A stretch of 64,000 nt of DNA, taken from the NCBI RefSeq assembly GCF_006345805.1, contig NC_043018.1, positions 8,556,001 through 8,620,000 of the forward strand. Direction: 5' to 3'. The stretch is from Octopus sinensis (taxonomy: Eukaryota). Every line of letters begins with the position of its first letter. The stretch's first letter is position 1. The notes under the pieces were generated by a model. The model did not search any database and was not told where the DNA came from. It saw only the letters and a program-made list of their open reading frames with translations. Positions 39,387 to 50,600 of the stretch are shown here, piece by piece. The translations under genes and the position numbers were made by a program.

Positions 39387-41685
39387 TGTTATATATATAT
39401 ATAATATATATATATATGAAAATAGTAATGCAATACTAGAGTATTGCTTTCCAGTAAAGAATAGCCCGTGAGGGTAAATTATACATAAAAGTAAATAAAT
39501 GATACAACGAAGTATCGATATTTACTGGAAAATAGCGAACGTAATAAATACGATGCTAATGTATAGCTTCACTGCGTATGCACTAGTAAAGATACGTGTG
39601 TGCAACAAACATGAAAAATTGTCTTACCTCTACTAAGAACATCTGAAAAATGAAAAAACCTAGATGAGGATAATGCAGTACCGGTTTCGGATTTTTCAAA
39701 ATATGAATGCCAATCGTATAATTGATTTATCTTCATCAGCCACATATACCTGAACAACATTTCAAATGTTGCCATCTATGCCAGTACACTCGTCTGAACG
39801 CCAAAGTGTTAACAGAGCGAGAACAGTGAAGAAGTTTCAATGAAAATAGTAATGCAATACTAGAGTATTGCTTTCCAGTAAGGAATAGCTATTCTTTACT
39901 GGAAAGCAATTGCATCAAACAGTGAAAACCATAAAGCAAAACATAAAAATATAATATAGAAAATATATATAAAATATAAAATTGAAAAATTGAAATTATT
40001 TAAATTTAAAATTAAAATTATTAATTTATATTTATAATTTTGTAAAAAATATATATAACTATCAAAAAGTATTAAAAAGTTTAATATACATAAATACAGA
40101 TATATACACTTTGTATATATACATTATATATACATATTTATATATATAACACACACACACACATATATAAATTAACCCAATAAATATCTGATTCATAATA
40201 TTTGTTCTCATGATTGTGTGGTGGTTGTGGCGATAATTCTCTCTATGAATGCAGACAGACATAGAGAGAGAGTGTGAAAGCGCTGTCGAAGGTGGGGACT
40301 GAGGAGATACAGAACGCCGTGACACGGCGTTATAAAGAGAAAGGGAAGGTAAGGTAGTTAGACAGCATTAAAAAACGTTATATATAGAAAGTGATGGGAA
40401 GGGAGGAAAGAGAGTGAATGATGGAGGAAGACAGATACATAAAAGAATGGGAGTCGACTTGTCAAATTGCGTTTTTGGCCCTAGCAACGACACCTTTTAA
40501 GATAGGGATTTCTAACCTAGCCCACTGGCATCCTCACCTCATTTTACATGTCCCTGTAAATTTTGGAGTCAATCCGACGGGATCTAGTGGCCTTTAACCC
40601 GTTCTCAATGCCAAAACCAGACAAACAAACAAACTTTTTGCATGGCTGTGTGGTAACTAGCTTGCCTACCAACCACATGGTCCTGAGTTCAGTCCCACTG
40701 CGTGGCATCTTGGGCAAGTGTCTTCTGCTATAGCCTCGGGCTGACCAATGCCTTGTGAGTGGATTTGGTAGACGGAAACTGAAAGAAGCCTGTCGTATAT
40801 ATGTATATATATGTATATGTTTGTGTGTCTGTGTTTGTCCCTCTAGCATTGCTTGACAACCGATGCTGGTGTGTTTACGTCCCCGTCACTTAGCGGTTCG
40901 GCAAAAGAGACCGATAGAATAAGTACTGGGCTTACAAAGAATAAGTCCCGGGGTCGATTTGCTTGACTAAAGGCGGTGCTCCAGCATGGCCGCAGTCAAC
41001 TGACTGAAACAAGTAAAAGAATAAAAGAATATATACATATATATATATATATATATATTATTTTAAAAGCTTTAATAATAAAATTTAAGAAGTGAAACAG
41101 GAAAAATGAATGAAATATCTCTCTAAAATATTTTTATAAATGTTAAAGATTTAAAAGAAAAATCAAAAGTTATGAAAGGACGTTGGCTCAGTTGTAGTTA
41201 TTTTAACTCAGCTCAGTATATATTCATACACACACACACACACACACATATATATGTATATACGTATACACATACATAGATATGTTCACTCAACTGTTCA
41301 GCCTTAATTTTGCAAAAATTGTCGCATGATCTCAATGTCTTCCTTTACCAAGAAACATATTGTCATATGACATTAAAGATGGGATGTGTAAGGGGAGCTC
41401 ACCAAGATTTATAAACCTAATCAGTCAATTATCCCCAACCAATCAAAATGCATTCAAAACAAATACTAATCCGAGTCATGTTCCATCTAAAAAATAAAAA
41501 ACAAGAGAATTTTTGAACTCCAATCAGAAACAAGACAATTGCAGCATACCTCCAGGATTTTCTATTTCGACTTTTGAAAATCAAAGAAATCTGTGAAACC
41601 AGTTAAGTTTCTAAATCTAAACAAATCTCAGTGCCTTTTGCACTTTTTTCTATATTTCTTCTGGTGTGGAATAAAACAAGTTTGT

Positions 41686-41741
<56 letters not shown>

Positions 41742-42450
41742 GGAGTAAACACATAAATGTGAAACAAGGTGGAAAAAAGAGTACTCAAATACCAGTGGTA
41801 GAGTAATATGCTTTATTTAAAGCAGCAGAAAATTCAACAAAACCTGTTACTCAGAGTAACAGGTTTTGTTGAATTTTCTGCTGCTTTAAATAAAGTATAT
41901 ATATATAATAAATTCAGGGTGAATACTTGATAAATGTAAGCACCTGTATATGCCAGCTAGTAGCAGAGGTGAGAGGATATATGTATCAAATGAAATAAAA
42001 AACAGAACACAAAGGATGTTGCGGTACACATGTTTCGAGCTTTATAAAACAACTTATTCTTACATCAATGTATAATCGACATAACAGATAGTTTAAAGCC
42101 CTCTTCAGCCGCATGCAATTGCTATAGACTCTATATTGAGTAAGAAAGTGGTATGGACGGATTTTTGGAGTCAGATAATACCCCGTACACCTATTTGATT
42201 ATGAAGATTTACAAACATACTTTCTCAGTGATACTCTCAATTTACCTACCATTATAAATAATACCAAATGTTCTTTCTCAGACCTTTCATAATGTGATAC
42301 AAGTCTTTGGTGTAGCAATTGCATGCGGCTGAAGAGGGCTTTAAACTATCTGTTATGTCGATTATACATTGATGTAAGAATAAGTTATTTTATAAAGCTC
42401 AAAACATGTGTACCGCGACATCCTTTGTGTTCTGTTTTTTATTTCATTTG

Positions 42451-42494
<44 letters not shown>

Positions 42495-42728
42495 AATTAT
42501 CAGTTTAGTAAATAAATAAATAAGTTAACATAATTTAAGTGGCCTGAACTCTTTACATGAACACCACCCTGTACTTAACTCCATGTCCCCCTACATGGCC
42601 TTGCTATTTGCTTTTGAGCCAAATTAACTAACTAACTAACTAATGTCTAAAAGTTGATGAACCACCGATTATTCTCCTCCATTTTCTTACTTGCTATATA
42701 TATATATTTATATATATATATATATACG

Positions 42729-42759
<31 letters not shown>

Positions 42760-43167
42760 GTCAAGACATCGAGAGGTATTTCCCCTGCTTATTGTTTATG
42801 CATATGTAATAAAGAAAAAAAAAACATTTTGTTTCACCTGTCTGCCAGTTTTGAAGATAATCAAACCAAAATTTGATGACTTCAAACCATTCACCCAATG
42901 AGTACTTTTGCCAAATTTGGTGAAAATCCGTTCAGCCATTTTCCATTAATTTTGTAAACACACAGACAAACAGACTAAAACAAATGACTACAATAACCCT
43001 GCTTCAATTACACATGCAAGGTTAATTAATTGATTAACTCTTAAATAGCTGCCATCATCAATTGATCTTTCATTAAAGAACAGTGGACATTGCAAATTGA
43101 TGTTTCAAAAATTTTACTTGGATTCGGCCATCATCAAAGGAAAGTCAGTATTTTATGGCAGTTTTTA

Positions 43168-43202
<35 letters not shown>

Positions 43203-44354
43203 TAAAAAATTTTTTTTACTTATTTCAAGTGAAAATTAATATAAAAATTACTATTAAGAAAAAAAGAGATTATTTTTGATTTTTGCTCGTTTGGCACACA
43301 CCTTCATGCAACTCTTTCCTGCTGTTTAAAGGTTAATTAATTTTTTTTTTCTAAATTCTTTTGTCAGGTACGTTGTTCTAACAAGCAAACACCATGAAGG
43401 ATTCACCAACTGGCCATCGAAACACTCTTGGAATTGGAACTCAAAAGATGTGGGCCCAAAACGAGACCTTGTTGGTTAGTTTATATTTTCCTGAAAATCT
43501 TCAACACTACCACCACTGTTATCCTCCTCCTCCTCATCTCCATTGGCATATCCTTCACTCTCACATCAGTATATTTATTCCTATCACTCCTTACACCCCA
43601 CAACCACCACCACTACCTAACAAAACAATTAAAGGTGACTTCTTTTTCTCTCCCTCATTCTTCAGGTGAACTTGCAGCTGCCATCAAGAAGACTCCAATC
43701 CATTTTGGTTTGTACCATTCTCTCTTTGAATGGTTCAATCCCATTTATCTACAAGATAAAGCCAACAATTTTACAACCCAAAAGTTTGTTAGGGTAAGTT
43801 CAGACCCATTCCTGCTTATCTTTCTCTGTCTGTCTGTTAGTCTGCCTCTCTTTTAATCTGTGTGTCTTTTAACATGACTACCATCACTATTGCATACAGG
43901 TAGGAACAGTTAAACATGAAACTCATAAATCCAACTTCTCTATTCTTTCTTAAGTTCCTATTATTATATTCTCTCTGCCCTGATGAGTACTATGATAATT
44001 TTCAAATTCAAATACAAATTTATAACTATGTTCAAAACAATTGTATGCATGAATAAACTTCATACAACTTTTTCAACATCTTATCTCCTCCATTTTTGAC
44101 AAATATGATTGGATTTGTAGAACTTCATTCCATGAATTAATCATACACTTAATATATATAATTTAACCCTCGGCAACGGAGTATTGGGTCACTGATGAAG
44201 ATTGATTAAATCTGAAATCACCACTGATATGACTCACTTGTGAGCTTTTAGGAAAGTGGTCTTATGTCGTTAAGAATTGTTTTGATTCTTATTTCTAGCA
44301 ATGCTGGTTCTTACTAGCACCCTCTGTCACTTTAGTGACAACTGTACTTGTTGC

Positions 44355-44406
<52 letters not shown>

Positions 44407-44778
44407 TCATCATCATCCGCTTTCCATGCTAGCGTGGGTTGGACGGTTCAACTGGGGTCTGGGAAGCCAGAAGGCTGCACCAGACCCAGTCTGATCTGGC
44501 AGTGTTTCTATGGCTGGATGCCCTTCCTAACGCCAACCACTCTGCAAGTGTAGTGGGTGCTTTTTACGTGCCAGGTGAGGCTGGCAAACAGCCACAATCA
44601 GATTGTGCTTTTTACGTGCCACCGGTACGGAGGCCAGTCGGGGCGGCGCTGGCAACGGCCACGTTCGGATGGTTCTCTTACGTACCACCGGCACTGGTGT
44701 CACAGTTACAATTTCCATTGATGTTGATCGATTTTGATTTTGATTTTGATTATCACTTGCCTCAACAGGTCTTCACGG

Positions 44779-44822
<44 letters not shown>

Positions 44823-45303
44823 TAAACTCTGCTTGCGAAGACCTGTTGAGGCAAGTGAAATCGAAATCAAATTTGATGACAGCACCGCATGAATGGCATT
44901 CTGTCTTATGTCCTACCATGTTGTAACTTAGTGCAGTTACATGTTAATTTATATTTGGTATTCTTTGAAGTTCTCTTCAATAATTTTGTGGAACATCTGG
45001 AAAATATTGTGCATCACTCTCTTAGGAGACAATCTGAATAGCATAAAAGAAGTAACTTTTCCATTTGATTCTTTATCTTTGTGTGTGTGTCCGTGTGTCT
45101 TTGTCCTCAGTGTTTCTGTCCTAAATAACTATGTATTTCAATATGTCCTTAGGGGAAAACTATGCCTGAGTTGTATGAACTGGTTATGAATTACAAACCT
45201 GATGTAATTTGGTCAGATGGTGGTGGGGAAGCGCCAGATAAGTACTGGAATTCAACAGAGTTTATTGCATGGCTCTATAATGACAGGTTTTTATCATCAT
45301 CAC

Positions 45304-45337
<34 letters not shown>

Positions 45338-46746
45338 TTTTTTTTTTTTTTTCTTTCTTCAAATTTTCTTCCGTTTCTTGCCGAGTGTTTTCCGTACACC
45401 TAGGGCAGAGAAGCTCATTGTATGCATTCCCAGATTACACACGTAAATTCACAGATAAAATATGTATTTAAAAATTAATAAATAAATAAATCCATGAATG
45501 GATGTTGTTTTCACAGCGATAATGCTCTTCTCAGTACATGAGCCATTCCAGTTAACATGATTTTTTGCACTTCCTGTCAATTAATAAACGTATTGTGATT
45601 GCAACAAAATACTCATGTCAACTAATAAACATTATTATTATTATTATTCTATGTTTGACTTTTGCTTTACATTTGCACAAGCTGGCTCCAAGTCTCACCC
45701 AGAGACCTCAAGAGACAACAAATTGTTGGTGTTATGCTTAGGGTGCCATATAATTGGTTTTGTACTTAGTGTTGTATTAGTGAATGTCTAAAAAAACCAT
45801 ACGAAAATTATGTTTGTTTTAAAACTTGAGATTACATAGAAAGTATTTTGCGTAGGATATGAGCAGTTCCCATGAGCACTATCTTTTGAATTTCTGCCAT
45901 TTCTGGGTTTCCTGGTATCTGAGCTAGGTAGCAATCAGCCTCTTTTGCTATCATTCCCAGGGCACCTATGACAACAAGTATTGTTTTAGTCTTCAGGTTC
46001 CACATTTTGCTGATTTCTATTTCAAGATCTTTATATTTGCTCAGTTTATGGTAGGTCTTGACAGATACGTTTATATCGATTGGGACAGTCATATCAATGA
46101 GGAGGCATTCTTTGTCTGAAGTCTTTCAATAAGATGTCTGGCTTATTTGCATCTATCTTTCTTTCAGTTTGAATGGTGAAGTTCCAGAGGAGTGAGATGT
46201 GGTCATTTTCAAGCACTGGAGGTGGTTTGTATTCCCACCAGTTTTTTTCATGGGCAAATCCAGGTTTTTGCAAATTACCCAGTGAATATATTGTGCAGCT
46301 CTATCATGACTGTTGAGATACTCTGTAGGCGCTAGAAGACTGCACTTGGAGAAAACAAGATCAATGGTTTCATGTTGTTGACATACACAACATTTTGGGC
46401 TACTGCCGTTCTTTAATATGTTGGCCTGGTAGTTCCTTGTAGGTAGGCATTGATCTTGAGCTGCTATGATAAACCCTTCTGCTTCAGATTTTAAGCCAGA
46501 GGCCATTAGCCATTGATGGGTCAGGGCTTTGTCAACATCTGCATTATTTGCTCTCCTTGGGTATTTGCCATTGAGAGGTTTTTCTTGCCATTTGTCATTC
46601 AGAATATCTAAGGCAGCAGTTTTAGCACGGGTTTTCATGCACTTAGCTTTTTCTGTGCTTGTTTCTTGTATGTCTAATTCCGAAATTTGTTGTATTCGGA
46701 ATTCACTTAGATATTCCTTTGCCTGTTTTGTTACTGAGTATGATGC

Positions 46747-46784
<38 letters not shown>

Positions 46785-47618
46785 CATTATTATCATTATT
46801 ATTATTGTGTAACAACAATAAAACTTTTCCCCACACCCTACCTCATGTATGATTAGCTTTTGTGATATGAGTAAATTTAAACCTAGACATCCAGATCTGA
46901 AAAACATGGGTTGATTAAGTTGTAGTGGCACAAGCAATCAGCGCCATATTGGATGAGATTTCACAGCAGCCATTGCCATCTCCAAGACTGGAGCAAGACC
47001 TCACCTGCATCCATTTACCATGCACGAGATCACAATGAGGCTCGCGATGGCAAACTGGATATAAGGGACCAACAGAAAGAGATTCATTCTCTTTTCACCA
47101 CAAGCGCTTGCTGAGCACACTTCACTGGCTAGGTCTCCAAGCTAGTCCTGTCTGCATGTTGTATCTCCAGAGGCAATGGGCTCACGTTAACGGAAATACA
47201 ACGAAACGCACACAGCTCGAGATGGTTGCTGAGAGCAACACACTTCACCTGTTCTGTGAAACTTGCAAATAAACCAGTTGTAAATTGCATTTGTACTTAA
47301 AGACTTCTTTCCTCACCTGCTGGAGCCTGAACTACACAAAGAGCAATATTCACCCGATATCGTAAACCTTGCCGCCCGTTATAAAGTAAAGTAATTGTTT
47401 TTGGTGTGATGGGTAAACAATATGCAGTGTGGGCAATATGTGGGGAATTCTACGTTTCGTAGGAATTTCAGGAAAATTTTCTCTTATTTCCATACTCTTT
47501 AGCCGAACCGCTAAGTTACATGGACGTAAACACACAAGCATCAGTTTGTCAAGCGATGTTGGGGGGGACAAACACAGACACACAAAACATATACACACAC
47601 ATACACACACACACACAC

Positions 47619-47676
<58 letters not shown>

Positions 47677-50600
47677 TACGACAGGCTTTTTTCAGTTTCC
47701 GTCTACCAAATCCACTCACAAGACTTTGGTGGGCCCGAGGCTATAGTAGAAGACACTTGCCCAAGGTGCCACGCAATGGGACTGAACCCAGAACCATGTG
47801 GTTGGTAAGCAAGCTACTTACCACACAGCCACTCCTGTGCCATGGCAACATTGGCAAAACATTTTTGTCCTGAAAGTGAAAATGACTTCTGTACATATTT
47901 CAAATTAAACATTTTAAACGAAATTCTTACCTCACTCTTTGACTCAGAAATTCCTTTTTAATTCTCTCTCCTTTCTCTAATCTTCCTTTCTCTCTCTAGC
48001 TCACTCCTCATTTCTCTCCAATTTACACACCCCTCTCTAATTCACTCTCATGTTTCTTTCTTCCTTTATTTCACCACCACCCCTGCTTCCACCTTCAGTC
48101 AACCATTTCCCTCCCCCTCTGTCTGTCTATCTGTCTGTCTTTCAAGTACATCTTTTACATTGTGATCCTTCAATACCTGAAATACCTTTAACGATCTTAA
48201 ATTTTCCTCCGTTTCCCTGTCTTTCTCTTCCAGTCCAGTGAAAGACACTGTTGTGGTCAATGACCGATGGGGAGCTGGAACGGCTTGTCACCATGGAGAC
48301 TTTTACACATGCCATGATAGATATAATCCTGGTGAGTACAAAATACCAAATGACTGATATATAGAAAGATAGTTATATGCTACTTGGAACATGTTTTTGT
48401 CTGTTAAAATGGTGAGATGGTGCTTGAAAAAGTTTCTAAGGTTAACTCTTTAAGCAACATGGTTCCCAGGGCAGGTGTATAACATCATTTTGTGAGACAT
48501 TTAAGCAGTTGAGAGACCAATCTTTTTCTGTATATGATGCCAGCCTGTTGGAAATTGCTAATTGTGACCCAGCATCAGATGTTATTAACTACAACTGATG
48601 TGTGGGATCCTGTTAAACTAGTCTCAACTTTGTTTGATTGGAATCAAGTAGATTTGAGGCCGTGTATAACAGGATCACTGCACATCAGTTATCTGTTCAA
48701 GGTTTACGAAATAAACTGTGACATGCATTCAGTTTGAATCGATCTGTTTGACATGAACTTGCTTTCACCCCCCAAAATCGAAGAAATAAACTGACATGAA
48801 CTCTAATTGAGTCAATCTTTATTGTTGACGATAATAAGCTGACAAAATTTGATCTTCAGTGTTGAAGAGGTAAGCTGTGACATGAGCTTGGCTTAACTTA
48901 ATCTTCTCCAAAATTGAAGAGAGAAAACTGATGAAAAAGAAAATACATTATTCTGATTGTTAACCTCATGTTTTCTACTTAAGATTTAAATGTTTAAAAA
49001 AAGTTTAAATAATTTAATTTGTTATTACATGACATATATATACACTGAGATAGATCTGGAGATAATTATCAGTAAACCTTTTTCTTCTTCTAAATGTCAT
49101 TCATCCAGGTAAATTGATAACTCACAAATGGGAGAATGCCATGACTATTGATAAAAAAGCCTGGGTCTACCGGCGCCAAGCTCGCTATTCCGACTTTTAT
49201 TCCATCGAAGGGCTGATATCTCTGCTGGTCGAGACCGTCAGGTTTGTACTGACTTTGTTTGGTATCTTGTATTTTCATTTTTGTTATTTTTGTGGATTAA
49301 AAGAATTGTCGGGGAATCAATCAGAATGCCTTACATTATTTAGTTGTGGACCCTGTTCCTTTTGAGTTCAAATACAATTTATTTTACATCCCTTTCAGGA
49401 ATTAATGGAATTAAAGTACCTGTTAAGTACCGGGGCTGATTTAATCAACTGTTCCATCCACGGTTATTAAAAGCCATGTGTTTATGTTGGAAAACAAAAT
49501 TGTTGTTTGTAGTTCTGTGTTCTTGTTTGAAGAGATCAAAGATAGGGGTAGATGTATTGATAGGGTAGGGTAGGTCAAACAGTTGTGTACCTGAATGATT
49601 TCATATTAAATGCGGCCATAGCTAGTTGCGTGAAGGTGCATGGCTCAGTGGTCGAACTTACGATCATGAGGTTGTGAGTTCGAATCCCGGACCGAGCTGT
49701 GTGTTGTGTTCTTGAGCAAGAAACTTTATTTCACGTTGCTCCAGTTCACTCACCTGTAGAAATGAGTTGCGACATCACAGGTGCCAAGCTGTATTGGCTT
49801 TTGCCTTTCCCTTGGATAACACTGGTGGTGTGGAGAGGGCAGGACGGTATGCAGGGGCGACTGCTGGTCTTCCATAAACAACCTTTCCCAGACTTGTGCC
49901 TCGAAGGGTTACTTTCTAGGTGCAATCCCATGGTCAGTCATAACCGAAGGGGGTCTCAGCTAGGTTGCTTAATTGGGAGATTGGTCAAGCAGTTGTAGAA
50001 GTTAAGTGTTTTATCTTGTGTTATGTTTGTGACTATGAAACTTTGCTTTTAAATAAACAGCTAAGTCCATCTTGTATGATTCAACAATGTCACCTTAGAC
50101 TGTTTGGTCGTGCCTGATTTTTTAAGCTGGATCCATGTTCTCTTTTCCAAGGATTTGGCTGGGGTGGTGGCTTGTGGTGATTAGCCGCCTCATGGTCACA
50201 GCGGGTGAGGGAGTATTTTGCGAGGATGGGAATTGACGGGTACACTGACCATAGGATTGCCTGGGATGACCCAAACAAATACCAACAATTGATAGACACA
50301 GCAACAAGCTGCAACAGTGCACACCTCCATACCTGACCTGACCTAGTCCATCTGGCTGCAAGGAGGTGCTTGCTTTCAAATTTTGACACTGCACCAGCAA
50401 TTTTAGAGGAGGGGTAAGTCAGTTACATCAACCCCAGTATTCAACTGGTACCTATCTCATTGAACCTGAAGGGATAAAAGGCAAAGTTGACCCTGGTGGT
50501 TGTTGAACTCAGAATGTAAAGACGGACAAAATAGGTGCAGGAGTGGCTGTGTGGTGCTTGAAAAATAAGAGGTGTTACCTTAGTTCACTGGTAGTGAACA

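Noticed and set aside
36575-39471. Many long Y/I/M/C-rich ORFs
   Set aside because: They are translations of (TA)n-type microsatellite, not genes.
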